NCBI GenBank assembly: GCA_023261695.1 | Contig: JAHFON010000003.1 | Span: forward strand, 6,682-70,681 | Source of the DNA: Candidatus Moraniibacteriota bacterium | Lineage (GTDB): Bacteria > Patescibacteriota > Minisyncoccia > Moranbacterales > UBA1568 | Direction of reading: 5' to 3' | DNA: 64,000 nucleotides | Part shown: positions 9,787 to 22,127 of the stretch, one piece after another | How positions within the stretch are numbered: the stretch's first letter is position 1 | Layout of the letters: each line of letters opens with the position of its first letter | The notes under the pieces: generated by a model | Seen by the model: only the letters and a program-made list of their open reading frames with translations | Database searches by the model: none | Told to the model about the DNA's origin: nothing | Made by a program: the position numbers and the translations under genes

Positions 9787-12384
9787 ATGCAGTCTGAAAA
9801 ACCGTCGTTTGCTCGTTTTGGTGGCAGTGGGAACTTGGCTTCGGATACCGGCGTTGCGCCGCATTCGACATCTGTCGCTGAAAAGTTAATCGGAGGCGAT
9901 ACGAATGTTTCTGGCGAGTCTGTTTCTTCGGATGGTACGGTTATGGGCGGAAAGATATCCCCGACAGCCAAATGGCTTGACGCGGTGATTTCCGTGAGTT
10001 TGGTGGCGTTATTTTTTGGGCTTCCGATTTTTTTTACGGGACTGACTTTTCAGGGCATCGCGTTTGAGAAGCAGATCTATTTTTATTTCTGGCTTCTTGT
10101 CGGCATAGTGGCCTGGGCGTCCCGAGGAGTCATTTTGGGTGAGATGCGCATTCGTCGCACGCCGCTGGATATTCCGATTGGGCTGTTTTGGTTGTTCTAT
10201 GTTGTGGCGGCATTTTTTTCCGTGGATCGTTGGCACAGTTTTTTTGGGTTTTTTGGCGACCCGTCGCGCGGTGTGATTTCTGTAACGGCGCTTGCGCTGG
10301 TTTATTATTTTCTTTTGAGCCACTTTACTCCAAAACGTTTTTATTTGATGTTTTGGTCGTTTGCGCTGTCCGGTTTCATTGTAACCATTTGGACTTTGCT
10401 GGTTATAAGGGAGATTCATTTCTTACCGACCGTTTGGGAAAGATACGCCCCGATAAGTTTGATAGGGTCTGTTTCCACGCTGGGTGTGTTTTTGGGTTTT
10501 ATGGCCCCGGTGTTTTTGACGGCGCTTTTTATGTTGTGGAAAAGCGATTTTCTCAAGAAAACGCCGCGATTGATACTCACTGTTTTAGTTTTTATCGGAC
10601 TTATTACTGATTTGTTTTTGCTTTTAGCGCTGTATCCGTTTGTCGTGTGGGTTGTCGTGCTGGGGGGACTTTCCTTTTTTATGGTTTATATTCTGGCGCA
10701 AATCGTGCGACCGCCGGAACAATGGACCTGGGTGCCGATGATCGCGTTCGTGCTGGTGCTGGTTTTTCTTATGTTGGGCAATGTCCATATCGTGCGTGAT
10801 AATCTTTTGCCCGCCGAAGTGATGCCAAGCGCAAGTCTTTCCTGGCAAGTTTCTAAAGACGCTATCAAAGAAAACTTTTTTGCCGGTGTTGGTCCGGCTA
10901 ATTATGGTTACGCGTTTTCTATGTTTCGTCCTGGGGAGTACAACTTAAACGAGCTCTACACACTGCGTTTTTATCAGGGTACGGGATTATTTTTTGAAGC
11001 CTTGCCGACTATCGGCGCGATAGGAACAGTATTATTTGTTCTCTTGTGGCTTTCATTTGTTTCGGTGGCGCTGTATCTTCTGACGCGTGAAAAACAGCGC
11101 AATAAAGTGTACTCTTTGGGTTTATTGACTGTCGCGATGATGTTCTTTTTAGCGAACTTTGTTTCCGCGGTAAATGGGTCGCTTCTCATTATTGGCGCCC
11201 TGCTTTCATCTTTGGCCCTGGGAGTTTTGCTTTGGGAGAGCGGCTCCGAAGAGCGTTATCTCCAACTTTCATTCAAGGCATCGCCGAAGTTTGCGTTGGC
11301 TCTAGCCTTTATTTTTATGGTGGTATCCGCTGGAGTAGCGTTCCTTTTCGTCTTTTTAGGCAAAGTGTTTATAGCCGATGTATATTTGGGCAAAGCCTCC
11401 GTACTTTCGGCTAGCGGTCCCAATAAAGACTCCGCCGCTTTGCTGGAGCGCGCCGTGGTGGCTTATCCGGAGGAGGGGCGGTATTACACGCGCTTGGGAC
11501 AGGAGTATATGATGCTTGCCAATGCCGAAGCGGGTAAAACGGAACAAGAAAAAAATACTGATGCGGTGGCTTTGTATGTTCGTCAGGCGATAGCCGTTGC
11601 GGAAAAGGGCAGAAGTTTGATGCCTAATGATGTGATGGCGGTGGAGTCACTCGGTCTGATTTATGAGAATGCCGGTTTGTATGCCAGCGATGCTTTTCCG
11701 AAAGCGGAAGAATTATACAATCGCTCGCTTGAACTTGAGCCGAAGAACCCGTTGTATTTTTTGAAGCTCGGCCAGATTAAGAGATCGGGCGGTGATGCCA
11801 AGCCGGAGGGGCAGGAGCGGGATAATCTTTATAAGGAGGCGCGTGATTTTTTCCAGAAATCCATTGATCAGAAAAAGAATCTGGCGGTCGCTCATTACAA
11901 TCTTTCTGTGACATTCTCTCGTTTGAAAGATCTGGATAAAGCTGTTGAAAGCGCGCAGGAAGCGTTGCGCATTGAAAATAATAATCCGAATTATGAGTAC
12001 AGTCTTGGCGTGCTCTATCAGTTGCGCGACGCAGAGGGTGATAAAAATCGCGCGGAAGCGATATTCAAAGATCTTTTGACGACGAACGAGAAACTGATTG
12101 ATGTGCGTTTGAGTCTGGGATTTTTGTATGAAGCGGAAAACAAAAATGATGCCGCGATATCCGAGTACAAGAAGTTATTGGATATTTTGCCGGATAATAC
12201 CGAAGGCAACGTCAAGCAGACGCGCGACCAGATTAAGAAATTTATTGAAAACGTGCAAAGCGGAGTGGGTAACTTGCCGAAGAAGGCCGCGGCGAGCGTT
12301 CCTGCTGAAGCGCCCGCAAAAACTGCCGCGCCCGCAGTTCCTGCAGGACCTAACGTATCGCCGCTCACGACGCCCAAACAATAG
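9787..12384 (+). CDS. Polytopic membrane protein (O-antigen ligase/Wzy_C-like) with C-terminal TPR repeats
   Basis: About 12 TM segments, F.GVGP.NY loop, C-terminal TPR helices (AHYNLS, YEYSLG, VRLSLG). Confidence 0.65.
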   Translation: MQSEKPSFARFGGSGNLASDTGVAPHSTSVAEKLIGGDTNVSGESVSSDGTVMGGKISPTAKWLDAVISVSLVALFFGLPIFFTGLTFQGIAFEKQIYFYFWLLVGIVAWASRGVILGEMRIRRTPLDIPIGLFWLFYVVAAFFSVDRWHSFFGFFGDPSRGVISVTALALVYYFLLSHFTPKRFYLMFWSFALSGFIVTIWTLLVIREIHFLPTVWERYAPISLIGSVSTLGVFLGFMAPVFLTALFMLWKSDFLKKTPRLILTVLVFIGLITDLFLLLALYPFVVWVVVLGGLSFFMVYILAQIVRPPEQWTWVPMIAFVLVLVFLMLGNVHIVRDNLLPAEVMPSASLSWQVSKDAIKENFFAGVGPANYGYAFSMFRPGEYNLNELYTLRFYQGTGLFFEALPTIGAIGTVLFVLLWLSFVSVALYLLTREKQRNKVYSLGLLTVAMMFFLANFVSAVNGSLLIIGALLSSLALGVLLWESGSEERYLQLSFKASPKFALALAFIFMVVSAGVAFLFVFLGKVFIADVYLGKASVLSASGPNKDSAALLERAVVAYPEEGRYYTRLGQEYMMLANAEAGKTEQEKNTDAVALYVRQAIAVAEKGRSLMPNDVMAVESLGLIYENAGLYASDAFPKAEELYNRSLELEPKNPLYFLKLGQIKRSGGDAKPEGQERDNLYKEARDFFQKSIDQKKNLAVAHYNLSVTFSRLKDLDKAVESAQEALRIENNNPNYEYSLGVLYQLRDAEGDKNRAEAIFKDLLTTNEKLIDVRLSLGFLYEAENKNDAAISEYKKLLDILPDNTEGNVKQTRDQIKKFIENVQSGVGNLPKKAAASVPAEAPAKTAAPAVPAGPNVSPLTTPKQ

Positions 12385-12416
12385 CATTTTAGCTTCACAT
12401 TTAGCGCGCTAAAATT

Positions 12417-12761
12417 ATGGGATTGTTTTCTTTGATGTCCAGAAAAAAGCCGATCACTTCCGGCAATTTGGGAAGCGGCGCGTCGCAACACAGTTATGAT
12501 CTTAACAGTCGCGGCATAATCACATCGCGGGAGACGTTGCGTATCCGACCAAAACTGGTGAGTAAATTAGGCCACAGGAGAGCGGAGGAGGTTATGGGAT
12601 TGCTGGAGTCTGATATGGATAGAGACGGCGGATGGGGAAGCAAGAGCGTCAGCTCCAAAGAAATTGATCAGATAATGAAAACTCTGGAGGAAGGCCGATA
12701 TAACGGTATGGATAGTCATGATTTAGAAAACACGCGCAAGATTCTGGAAGAGTACCAATAA
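12417..12761 (+). CDS. Hypothetical protein
   Basis: 114-aa ORF ending 3 bp before uvrB. Confidence 0.65.
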   Translation: MGLFSLMSRKKPITSGNLGSGASQHSYDLNSRGIITSRETLRIRPKLVSKLGHRRAEEVMGLLESDMDRDGGWGSKSVSSKEIDQIMKTLEEGRYNGMDSHDLENTRKILEEYQ

Positions 12762-12764
12762 ATT

Positions 12765-14804
12765 ATGCCGCTCTTTCAGCTCAAATCAGTTTATCGACCG
12801 GCGGGCGATCAGCCTCAAGCCATTGAATCTTTGACGCGGGGTTTGCGTGAGAACAAACGTTTTCAAACATTGCTCGGCGTAACCGGTTCCGGCAAGACCT
12901 TTACGATGGCCAATGTCATCGCGCGAATGGATAAGCCGGCGTTGGTGATCGCGCACAACAAAACGCTGACGGCGCAACTGGCCCAAGAGTATCAGGAACT
13001 TTTTCCCGATCACGCGGTGCATTATTTTGTTTCTTATTACGATTACTACCAGCCGGAGGCTTATATGCCGATGACGGATACGTACATAGAGAAAGACGCC
13101 CAGATCAACGCCGAGATTGATCGTTTGCGGCACGCCTCTACGCTTTCTCTTCTGACGCGCCGCGACGTGATTATCGTGGCGTCCGTGTCTTGCATTTACG
13201 GATTAGGAAGTCCGGAAGAATACGAGAAAGAGAATCTGCGGCTGGATGTCGGTTGGCAATGTTCGCGCATGGAGCTTTTGCGTAAGCTGGTGGCTATTTT
13301 TTTTGAGCGCACCAACGCTGATTTGCGAAGCGGGCAATTTCGGAGTATGGGCAATCGCGTGGAAATTATGCCGATGTCGGAAAAGTTCACCTATCTTTTG
13401 GAAATCTCCGGCGGCAGATTGGCGAGTATCAAAAAAATTGACCCCATTTCCCAAAAAATTCTGGATATGCCGCAAACAATTCTGCTCTTTCCGACAAAAC
13501 ATTTTGTCGCGAATGCGGAGCAAAAAGCTTCTGCGCTCAACTCTATTAGTCTGGAATTGGCAGAGCGCTTGCAAGAACTTGAAGCAGATGGGAAACTTCT
13601 GGAAGCGGAGCGGCTCAAGCGGCGCACGCATTACGATCTGGCGGTGATGCGGGAGATCGGTTATTGCAACGGCATTGAGAATTATTCTCGCCATCTTTCC
13701 GGAAAAAAACCGGGCGAACCGCCGGAAACTCTTCTTTCATATTTTCCGCGCACAAAAAGCGGAGAACCGGATTTTTTGACTATTATTGACGAATCTCACG
13801 CGACATTGCCGCAACTACGCGGAATGTACGCGGGCGATTTGGCGCGCAAAAAAACGCTGGTCCAATACGGTTTTCGTCTGCCATCCGCGCTGGATAACCG
13901 CCCGCTTCGTTTCGCGGAATTTATGTCTCGTGTCGGACAGGTAATTTTCACTTCGGCTACGCCGGCGGAATATGAACGTGAAACAAGCGAGCAGGTGGTT
14001 GAGCAAGTGATCCGTCCGACCGGATTGGTGGATCCGAGAGTTGAGACACGGCCGATTTTGGAGCAGGGAAAATATCACGGTCAAATACAAGATTTTATCG
14101 CTGAAGCGCTGAAAGAAATACAGGGCAAGGGACGCGTGATCGCGACGACGCTTACCAAAAAGATGGCTGAAGATTTGAGCGCGTATCTGAAAGAAAAACA
14201 GATTAAAGCCGAGTATTTGCACAGCGATATCAAAACGATTGAGCGCATCAAAATTTTGACGGCATTTCGCAGGGGGGAGTTTGACTGTTTGGTGGGGGTT
14301 AATTTGTTGCGGGAAGGTTTGGATTTGCCGGAAGTTTCTTTCATTGGAATTCTGGACGCGGACAAAACGGGATTTTTGCGTTCGGAAACCGCGTTGATTC
14401 AGATTATCGGACGTGCCGCGCGCAACGCATCCGGCCGCGTGGTGTTGTATGCTGATTATATGACTGACGCGATGCGCTATGCGCTTGATGAAACGAATCG
14501 ACGGAGAAAACTGCAATTAGCCTATAACAAGCGGCACAATATCACGCCGCGAACTATCCAAAAAACCATTCACGATATTACGGAGAGTCTGGAGAGCGAG
14601 CATAGCAAAGCGGTGCGCGCCAACGTGCTTTTGGATCGGGAAATTTTCGCGAATGATCCCAAACGTTTTATCGCCATCAAAGAAAAAGAGATGCGCCAAG
14701 CGGTGAAGGAGCTGGATTTTGAAACAGCCGCCATTCTGCGCGATGAGATTCGCGCGCTTCAAGTTCCTGCGGACGGTCCGTCGCGCAAAAAACCTCGCGG
14801 GTAA
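12765..14804 (+). CDS. uvrB: Excinuclease ABC subunit B
   Basis: GVTGSGKT, YYDYYQPEAY beta-hairpin, DESH, QIIGRAARN, C-terminal UVR motif. Confidence 0.97.
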   Translation: MPLFQLKSVYRPAGDQPQAIESLTRGLRENKRFQTLLGVTGSGKTFTMANVIARMDKPALVIAHNKTLTAQLAQEYQELFPDHAVHYFVSYYDYYQPEAYMPMTDTYIEKDAQINAEIDRLRHASTLSLLTRRDVIIVASVSCIYGLGSPEEYEKENLRLDVGWQCSRMELLRKLVAIFFERTNADLRSGQFRSMGNRVEIMPMSEKFTYLLEISGGRLASIKKIDPISQKILDMPQTILLFPTKHFVANAEQKASALNSISLELAERLQELEADGKLLEAERLKRRTHYDLAVMREIGYCNGIENYSRHLSGKKPGEPPETLLSYFPRTKSGEPDFLTIIDESHATLPQLRGMYAGDLARKKTLVQYGFRLPSALDNRPLRFAEFMSRVGQVIFTSATPAEYERETSEQVVEQVIRPTGLVDPRVETRPILEQGKYHGQIQDFIAEALKEIQGKGRVIATTLTKKMAEDLSAYLKEKQIKAEYLHSDIKTIERIKILTAFRRGEFDCLVGVNLLREGLDLPEVSFIGILDADKTGFLRSETALIQIIGRAARNASGRVVLYADYMTDAMRYALDETNRRRKLQLAYNKRHNITPRTIQKTIHDITESLESEHSKAVRANVLLDREIFANDPKRFIAIKEKEMRQAVKELDFETAAILRDEIRALQVPADGPSRKKPRG

Positions 14805-14889
14805 ATTTTTTTCCAGCTTCATTTTCGTTACTTGCCTTGCGGCCGCTTTTTTGCGAGAATGGGTAAGTGTTAATTTTTTTTGGCTTTTT

Positions 14890-15588
14890 ATGACACGAAA
14901 GATTCGTGAGAGTTTTGTTGTAACCGCGGATGATTACGGTATTCGCCAGACGGCGGAGCCGATTTTGCGTTTGGCGCACGAGGGGAAAGTGGATCGCGTG
15001 GCGGTGCTGATCAATTATGTTTCTTCCGAACAAGCGGAGGCGCTCAAAGCCACCGGAGTGAAAATTGATTTGCACTTAGAATTGATTGGCTTGCTCAAAA
15101 GAGGAGAGAAAGCGCATGAGAATTTTCTTTTACGGAGCGTGAATTTTTGTTTTCGTTACGCTTTTGGTTTGGTAACAATGAGAAAAGTGGAAGAAGAATG
15201 GAAAGATCAGATACGGCATTTTCAGGAGCTTTTCCAGCGTCTGCCGGACGGGCTGAATTCTCACGAGTATCTGCATTGTTTTCCGCCGTTTTTCAAGGTT
15301 TTCATTCGGCTGGCGAAAGAACACAATATATCCTATGTCCGTTTCGGCAAGAAAGGTGTCTTGACTGGTTTGCATAAAACTTTCATCAGCGCGATCCTTT
15401 CTTTTTTTTGGGAACGCACGCACGCGAGCTTCGCCAAAACTCATCTGGCGACATCTGATTATATTGTGAGTTTAGACTGGCTCTCTGATTTCAAATCTTT
15501 TAGTGAACACTTGCCGGAAGGCAATATTGAGCTGGTGGTGCATCTGGAGCGGGAGGAGGATTATCGCGTGATACTGGAGTATTGTTGA
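14890..15588 (+). CDS. ChbG/YdjC-family carbohydrate deacetylase-like protein
   Basis: [24 protein letters not shown]; start placed at ATG 14890. Confidence 0.75.
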   Translation: MTRKIRESFVVTADDYGIRQTAEPILRLAHEGKVDRVAVLINYVSSEQAEALKATGVKIDLHLELIGLLKRGEKAHENFLLRSVNFCFRYAFGLVTMRKVEEEWKDQIRHFQELFQRLPDGLNSHEYLHCFPPFFKVFIRLAKEHNISYVRFGKKGVLTGLHKTFISAILSFFWERTHASFAKTHLATSDYIVSLDWLSDFKSFSEHLPEGNIELVVHLEREEDYRVILEYC

Positions 15589-15592
15589 GGAT

Positions 15593-18175
15593 ATGCCCAA
15601 GAATATTTCGCAGAAAAATATTTCAGATACGCCGGAGTCGGGGTGGATCGTAGTCAAAGGCGCGCGCACCCACAATTTGAAGAATATTACAGTTAAGATA
15701 CCGCGCAATAAAATGACGGCTTTTACGGGACTGTCCGGCTCGGGTAAATCGTCGCTCGCATTTGACACTATTTTCGCGGAAGGCCAGCGTCGCTACATAG
15801 AATCGCTTTCCGCTTACGCGCGGCAGTTTTTGAATACCATGCAAAAACCCGACGTGGACGAGATCATCGGGTTGTCTCCGGCTATCTCCATTGATCAAAA
15901 GTCGGCGGGGCGCAACCCGCGTTCCACGGTGGCGACGGTCACGGAGATTTACGATTATTTGCGTGTTTTGTACGCGCGTTTGGGACGCTTGCGTTGTTTG
16001 ATTTGCGGAAGGGATATAGAGAAGCTGTCGCTGGAGGAAATGCTCGGCATTATCGCAAGTAAAATCAAACAAGCGCAAGCGGATCCTAAAACGCGCAAAC
16101 ACGGTCTTATCATCACGGCGCCGGTGGTGCGCGGACGCAAAGGCGAATATTATCAGCTTTTATACAACGCTTTAGGGCGAGGATTCGCGGAGATTATCTT
16201 GGATGGGGAGCGCAAGAATCTGCGCGAGCGAATTATTCTCTCTAAAAACAAAAAACACAATATTGATTTCATCGTGGATGAATTGCCGCTGGCTGAATTT
16301 GAAAAATTTCCCAAAACATCCGAAGAGCGTTTGTCTGAGGCGGTGCAAAAAGCGTTGGAAGAAAGCGAAGGACTGGTAAACGTGCGCGTCGGAGAGCAAA
16401 ATTTTACGCTTTCGGCGAAATTCTCTTGTCCTGATGACGGCTTTTCTTATCCGGAGGTGGAACCGCGCTTGTTTTCGTTTAATTCTCCGTACGGAGCGTG
16501 CGAGGCCTGCAATGGTCTGGGCACCAAACATTTTTTCGGCGATGAGTTATGCGAGATTTGTCAGGGCGCGCGTTTGCGTCCCGAAGCGCTGTCTATTTTT
16601 ATCGGCGGAAAGAATATCGCCGAAGTGGCGGCGATGACGATTGAAGAAGCGAAAAATTTTTTTGACGCTTTGGAACTTACGCCCCGGGAAAAACAAATGG
16701 CGGCGGTGATGCTTCGGGAAATTAGCGCGCGTTTGAAATTTTTGCTGAATGTCGGATTGAATTATCTGACGCTGGATCGGCGCGGGAGCACGCTTTCCGG
16801 AGGAGAAGCACAGCGCATCCGCCTGGCCAGTCAGCTCGGTTCGCAGTTGGTGGGGGCGCTCTATGTATTGGATGAACCGACGATCGGTCTGCATCAGCGC
16901 GACAATGATCGTCTGATAGAAACACTGAAAGCCCTGCGTGACTTGGGCAATACTATTATCATCGTTGAGCACGACGAGGATACGATTTATGCCGCGGATT
17001 ATCTCGTGGACATCGGTCCGGGAGCGGGAGTGCACGGCGGTGAAATAGTAGTCTCCGGTTATTTGGATGATCTGCTGACGGCCAGAGAGAACGTCTCCGG
17101 ATCATTGACACTGGCCTATTTGCGCGGCGAGGAAAAAATAACTATACCAAATCAGCGCCGCAGCAAAGAAAAAGGAACGCTCAAGATTCGCGGTGCCAAC
17201 ATTTTCAATATTAAAAATATGAACGTGGATGTTCCGCTCGGCCGTTTCAATGTGATTACGGGTGTTTCCGGTTCGGGCAAATCCACTCTGCTATATGAAA
17301 TAATTTACAAGAATTTGCAGGCGCGTTTTGACCGCCGTTACAGATCCAATGAAGTTTTTTACTGCCAATCATTCGGCGGTTCGGAATATCTGGCGCGGAC
17401 CGTCCTGATTGATCAGAGTCCGATCGGACGCACGCCGCGTTCCAATCCGGCGACTTACACCGGAGCGTGGACGCATATCCGCGATCTTTTTGCCGCAAGC
17501 GAAGAAGCGCGGGTGCGCGGCTGGAAAGCCGGACGTTTTTCTTTCAATCGTCCCGGCGGGCGCTGTGAAACTTGCGAGGGAAACGGTTTTCTCGCGGTGG
17601 AGATGCACTTTTTGCCCACCGTGTATATGGTGTGCGACGTCTGCGGCGGAAAACGTTTTACCAAAGAAACTCTGGAAGTGAAATATAAGCACAAGAATAT
17701 TTATGAAGTGCTGGAAATGACAATTGAAGAAGCATCGTCGTTTTTCGCCGATATTCCGGGTGTGGCGGATCGTCTGAAAACATTGAGCGAAGTCGGTTTG
17801 GAATATTTGAAACTCGGCCAGTCGGCCACGACGCTTTCCGGCGGCGAGGCCCAACGCGTGAAAATTTCTGCGGAACTGCATCGCAAATTTTATGACCGCG
17901 CGATTTATCTTTTGGACGAACCGACGATCGGATTGCACTACGCGGACGTGAAGAAACTCATTAAAATTCTGGAGAGTCTGGTGATCAAGGGGAATACCGT
18001 GTTGGTGATAGAGCACAATATGGATTTTATCAAAAACGCCGATTATGTGATTGACATCGGTCCGGAAGGCGGTGCCGGTGGAGGGAAAATCGTGGCGGTC
18101 GGCACGCCCGAAGAGGTGGCGCAAGCGGCGCACTCGCACACGGGGCGGTATCTGAAACGGGCACTGAAGAAGTGA
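15593..18175 (+). CDS. uvrA: Excinuclease ABC subunit A (copy 1, insertion domain short or absent)
   Basis: [23 protein letters not shown], two LSGGEAQR signatures, zinc fingers. Confidence 0.96.
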   Translation: MPKNISQKNISDTPESGWIVVKGARTHNLKNITVKIPRNKMTAFTGLSGSGKSSLAFDTIFAEGQRRYIESLSAYARQFLNTMQKPDVDEIIGLSPAISIDQKSAGRNPRSTVATVTEIYDYLRVLYARLGRLRCLICGRDIEKLSLEEMLGIIASKIKQAQADPKTRKHGLIITAPVVRGRKGEYYQLLYNALGRGFAEIILDGERKNLRERIILSKNKKHNIDFIVDELPLAEFEKFPKTSEERLSEAVQKALEESEGLVNVRVGEQNFTLSAKFSCPDDGFSYPEVEPRLFSFNSPYGACEACNGLGTKHFFGDELCEICQGARLRPEALSIFIGGKNIAEVAAMTIEEAKNFFDALELTPREKQMAAVMLREISARLKFLLNVGLNYLTLDRRGSTLSGGEAQRIRLASQLGSQLVGALYVLDEPTIGLHQRDNDRLIETLKALRDLGNTIIIVEHDEDTIYAADYLVDIGPGAGVHGGEIVVSGYLDDLLTARENVSGSLTLAYLRGEEKITIPNQRRSKEKGTLKIRGANIFNIKNMNVDVPLGRFNVITGVSGSGKSTLLYEIIYKNLQARFDRRYRSNEVFYCQSFGGSEYLARTVLIDQSPIGRTPRSNPATYTGAWTHIRDLFAASEEARVRGWKAGRFSFNRPGGRCETCEGNGFLAVEMHFLPTVYMVCDVCGGKRFTKETLEVKYKHKNIYEVLEMTIEEASSFFADIPGVADRLKTLSEVGLEYLKLGQSATTLSGGEAQRVKISAELHRKFYDRAIYLLDEPTIGLHYADVKKLIKILESLVIKGNTVLVIEHNMDFIKNADYVIDIGPEGGAGGGKIVAVGTPEEVAQAAHSHTGRYLKRALKK
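18101..18159 (+). repeat. 59-bp direct repeat, copy 1 (uvrA 3' end)
   Basis: Identical to 22069-22127. Confidence 0.95.
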
Positions 18176-18269
18176 TTCAAGATTTGACATGAAGCATTTT
18201 ATTTTACACAAATTTCTGTATAATGAAACTAAGGGGGTTGGCCCCTTTAATTATAATTGGTAAACATTT

Positions 18270-20084
18270 ATGGAATTATTGCTAGCCATCATCGCGCTAA
18301 TTTTTTCGGCGATAGCATATAATCGTGTATCCAATCTCGAAAAAGTAGTGAAACGGATACAGACAACAGGTGTTCAGGCGACACCTTTTATGGATCAGTC
18401 ATTAGAACCGCCGTCGCCAATATCCAAATCGGAGGATCTTTCTTCGCAATCTGGAGCAACCTCTTCGCCGGTGTCAGCATCGGAGGATGTTGTTTCTTCT
18501 CAGCAAAACGCGACACAGTTTCCCGGTTCGTCATCTTCTACGCAGCAAGTTTCGGCCCAGACTGTTTTGCAGAATGAGTCGAATGTTATTGAGCAGTTTT
18601 TTCATTGGCTTGCAGTTGATTGGTTAATGAAGCTTGGTGCAGTACTACTTTTTTTGGGAATTATTTGGTTTGTCAATGTCGCAGTATGGGATGCCATAGG
18701 TGAAACTGGACGTGTGTTGATCGGTGTTATGGTTGGTGTTAGTATACTTGTTTTTGGTCATGTTTGGATTGCTAAATATGTGAATCAAGGAACGGTATTG
18801 GAAGGATTGGGAGCGGGTGTTATGCTATTTACGATGTACGTAGCGCAAGAAAGTTACCATTTTTTCCCTCCTGTCGTAGCTCTGGGATTCCTTTTTCTCG
18901 TCTCTGTTTTTGTTGCGTTTTCAAGTGTTGTTAACGGAAGTCAGGCATTGGCGCTTCTCGGTATCGTGTTGGGTGGAGTAGCGCCGTTTTTGATTGGCTC
19001 GTCGGAAGCGAATTTTATCGGACTTTTCTCGTACCTTTTTGTAATATCTATCGGAACGCTTTGGGTCGTGCGTATTCGCGGTTGGCGACCGCTTATCTTT
19101 GCCGCCTTTCTTGCTTATTTTTTCTATTCGTTACCGTATATATTTGGAGCGATGGAGAAAGTTTCTATAGGAGAAGGGATGTTGGTCGCGCTTGTTTTCG
19201 CGACGCTCTTTTTTGTGTCAAATATATGGGCGGCACTCAAATCAGAAAAGATGCATCAGGCTGATATGGTTACCGCTTCTGCCAACGCGTTACTTCTTTT
19301 GGGATGGATAAATGCCCTTGTCCCGGCTGATTGGAAAGGGCTAGTGACAGCTGTATGTGCTTTGGCGTTTTGTTTTGGTGCGGCACTCGTGTTCCGTTTG
19401 CGGGGCAATGGAGTCCCCGTTATGCTCTATACGGCGGTTGCCGGTATGATGTTTGGAGTCGCAACGACCTTTGAGTTTTCCGGTCCGATGCTTGTCGTAG
19501 CATTAACTTTGGAAGTTGGTATCCTGGTAACCGCAACCATCGCTTTTGCTAGAGATATAAGTGCCGCCAATATTATGATGTATCTTTTTCTCATCCCTAT
19601 TTATTTGTCTGTGATGAATATAGGGAATTACTCGGTTGCCAAACAAGTATTTACGGTTGATTTTTTCGCCCTTGTTCTTTTGGGCGGGGCACTCTTCTTG
19701 ACAGCGAGGCTTTTCAGGACTCCGAAAGATGATAGTGAGCAGGTGACCAAATATCACGTTTTCACCGCAGTCGGTTCGCTGTATTTTTTATTGCTTATCT
19801 GGCTTGGTCTCGGGAACTTGTTATATCCGAACCGTGATTTGGCAGTCACTATTTCTTTGGTGATCTACACGATTATTGGTTTAACGTTGTATATTTTTGG
19901 CAAGCTTAATGCGGCGCGCGGCAAAATGTATAGTGGAGCAGCGCTGTTATTGTTTGTGGTGGGGTATCTTCTTTTGGTGTCTGTTCGGGAAATGGAGATT
20001 GTCGGGCGCATTGTGACTTTTTCTCTGGTGGGTATTTTACTCATGAGCACCGCCTTTATCGGAAGGTGGTCTCGTCGTAAATAG
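18270..20084 (+). CDS. DUF2339-like predicted membrane protein
   Basis: N-terminal TM, S/Q/P-rich linker, [13 protein letters not shown], many TM segments. Confidence 0.7.
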   Translation: MELLLAIIALIFSAIAYNRVSNLEKVVKRIQTTGVQATPFMDQSLEPPSPISKSEDLSSQSGATSSPVSASEDVVSSQQNATQFPGSSSSTQQVSAQTVLQNESNVIEQFFHWLAVDWLMKLGAVLLFLGIIWFVNVAVWDAIGETGRVLIGVMVGVSILVFGHVWIAKYVNQGTVLEGLGAGVMLFTMYVAQESYHFFPPVVALGFLFLVSVFVAFSSVVNGSQALALLGIVLGGVAPFLIGSSEANFIGLFSYLFVISIGTLWVVRIRGWRPLIFAAFLAYFFYSLPYIFGAMEKVSIGEGMLVALVFATLFFVSNIWAALKSEKMHQADMVTASANALLLLGWINALVPADWKGLVTAVCALAFCFGAALVFRLRGNGVPVMLYTAVAGMMFGVATTFEFSGPMLVVALTLEVGILVTATIAFARDISAANIMMYLFLIPIYLSVMNIGNYSVAKQVFTVDFFALVLLGGALFLTARLFRTPKDDSEQVTKYHVFTAVGSLYFLLLIWLGLGNLLYPNRDLAVTISLVIYTIIGLTLYIFGKLNAARGKMYSGAALLLFVVGYLLLVSVREMEIVGRIVTFSLVGILLMSTAFIGRWSRRK

Positions 20085-20101
20085 TATATTTTTCAAACAT
20101 T

Positions 20102-21268
20102 ATGAAAAAAATAGCCAAGAAAATAATAGTGGCCGTTTCGTTGTTTTTTGTCGGAGTTATATTCTTTTCGGTTTTAGCTGTTTTTGCCAAGGAAAAAACT
20201 GAAATGGCGGAGGATTCTTTGCGTGCATTTGTTTGGATGAAGGATGTGCCGGTTCCTGCAATAACAATTCCGACTGTTGTGGAGGCGCCTATTGATGAAT
20301 CTACAGGAAACGAAGGCTTTGCTGTATTCGAAGAAACAACGAAAACTTTTCAGCCAAGCCTTTTTAAGGAATCTATTCAATTTACAAAAGTGGCGTTTTC
20401 AGTCGAAGCTCTCGGGAAAACATCTCAAATTTTTTCCGATGGAGATGCGACTAATTTCATAGAATTTCCGGTAAGCGATGAGCGTGGAGCAACTGCCGAA
20501 TTACGTATCCATTCAATGTCTCCGATTGCTGCTACGGGTCTGATGTTTTCTTTAGATCGCTTTGTTGCTCTACCTCGAACAATCGAAGTGCGCGCGATAG
20601 TGGATGGGACAGAGAGAATTGTTTTGGCTTCTTCTATGCTGAATGATCGAGTGATTCGTTTTCCCAAAGTATCAGCGGCAGAATGGACGGTACGTTTTGG
20701 ATATGTTCAGCCACTTCGCATTACCGGACTTTCTTTTTTTGAAGAGGATAATGCGCATATCAATTCTGCTGGCGTGCGGTTTTTGGCGCGTCCAGGCGAG
20801 CGATATCGGTTGTATCTAGGGACTGACAGACTAGTACCGATCCGCGTCGGGGAGCGGCCAAATCTATTTGATGATAGAGATGTTGTGCGTATCGCTGATT
20901 CCGAAAAAGTTAAAAATCCATTATATGTTCCAGTTGATACTGATGAAGATGGTGTGAAAGATCTTTTGGATAATTGCGTTTTTGATAAGAACTCTGATCA
21001 GAAAGATGAAAATTCAAACGGGCGTGGTGATGTTTGTGATGATTATGATCACGACGGTATCGCGAATGGAAAAGATAATTGTATGTCCTATCCGAATAGT
21101 GATCAGAGAGACACGGACGGCGATGGGAAAGGTGACATATGTGACTCCGAAGAGAGTAGGGTTCTAGAAAAATATTCATGGTTATCATGGGCTGGTATCA
21201 GTTTAGCGGGAATTGTCGTTGCTATTTTGTTTGCTTTAACGATGCGGCAGATGAAGAGGAATAAATAA
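20102..21268 (+). CDS. Membrane-anchored protein with thrombospondin type-3 Ca-binding repeats
   Basis: [18 protein letters not shown]...GDVCD repeats, N-terminal signal/TM, C-terminal TM. Confidence 0.8.
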   Translation: MKKIAKKIIVAVSLFFVGVIFFSVLAVFAKEKTEMAEDSLRAFVWMKDVPVPAITIPTVVEAPIDESTGNEGFAVFEETTKTFQPSLFKESIQFTKVAFSVEALGKTSQIFSDGDATNFIEFPVSDERGATAELRIHSMSPIAATGLMFSLDRFVALPRTIEVRAIVDGTERIVLASSMLNDRVIRFPKVSAAEWTVRFGYVQPLRITGLSFFEEDNAHINSAGVRFLARPGERYRLYLGTDRLVPIRVGERPNLFDDRDVVRIADSEKVKNPLYVPVDTDEDGVKDLLDNCVFDKNSDQKDENSNGRGDVCDDYDHDGIANGKDNCMSYPNSDQRDTDGDGKGDICDSEESRVLEKYSWLSWAGISLAGIVVAILFALTMRQMKRNK

Positions 21269-21292
21269 CTTAAGCATCTAATCAAAAGAATT

Positions 21293-22030
21293 ATGGAAGG
21301 CGGACAAGTTCCAATAAGTGAGAATGTACCCCCATCTGATCAGTTACTCGCTCTAAACAGTAACTATCAATTAGCAAGAGTGCTTTTTTTTGTACTTTTT
21401 ATTGGATTGATAATTTTCTTGCCGATCGGAGTTATTTTATCGAAGAAGCATGATACAGAAAAGGCAGCATTATTAAAGTCTCAACTGTTGGATGCACAAG
21501 CGAATCAGAAATTGCAAATGGATGCTCAAACAAATCAAAATCTGAAAATACAGAGTGATGCCGCGATGAATAACGAGACGACATATAAACAACCGGAAAA
21601 TAATTCCTTTCCAGCCGGACAGACTGCGCCGACTACTGTAGTGAATGGAAATGGGCAGACGCCCCAGTCTGTTCAGGTACCTGTTCGACAGTTACAACAG
21701 ACTGAAATAATAGGGATGATCCAAAATGCGCTTGTAAAGGTAACTGATAGTATAAAAGCGTGCAAGGCTGGATCTGGATTAATAGGCTCTCAAGGAACCG
21801 GAGGCATGCCACTCTGTGATTTCCAGTCTGATGTTTGGCCAGTGCTTGAATATTGCGGACAATGGCCATCAGACACAAAGTATATCGTGTTTAATTCTGG
21901 TACGGCTGATAATTGGGATGTGACTATAGTGTGTAGGCAAGTCCAAAGTTGTAATGGTCCAGAAAACGCTATTTGTAATAAAAATGGTTGTACATTTAAG
22001 GGGACGTGTCCGCCGGTGAGAGGCTACTAA
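21293..22030 (+). CDS. Hypothetical single-TM protein with Cys-rich extracellular domain
   Basis: TM segment, Q/N-rich linker, 8 Cys in the C-terminal part. Confidence 0.65.
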   Translation: MEGGQVPISENVPPSDQLLALNSNYQLARVLFFVLFIGLIIFLPIGVILSKKHDTEKAALLKSQLLDAQANQKLQMDAQTNQNLKIQSDAAMNNETTYKQPENNSFPAGQTAPTTVVNGNGQTPQSVQVPVRQLQQTEIIGMIQNALVKVTDSIKACKAGSGLIGSQGTGGMPLCDFQSDVWPVLEYCGQWPSDTKYIVFNSGTADNWDVTIVCRQVQSCNGPENAICNKNGCTFKGTCPPVRGY

Positions 22031-22068
22031 ACATATCGAAAAAACGCGCTGTAAAAATTGTTGTCAGT

Positions 22069-22127
22069 GGCACGCCCGAAGAGGTGGCGCAAGCGGCGCA
22101 CTCGCACACGGGGCGGTATCTGAAACG
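22069..22127 (+). repeat. 59-bp direct repeat, copy 2 (orphan uvrA 3' fragment ending at TGA 22143)
   Basis: Identical to 18101-18159; with flanks it translates as [29 protein letters not shown]. Confidence 0.95.

Noticed and set aside
18101-22127. DGR template/variable repeat pair
   Set aside because: The core is identical with no adenine-specific mismatches, and there is no reverse transcriptase in the window.
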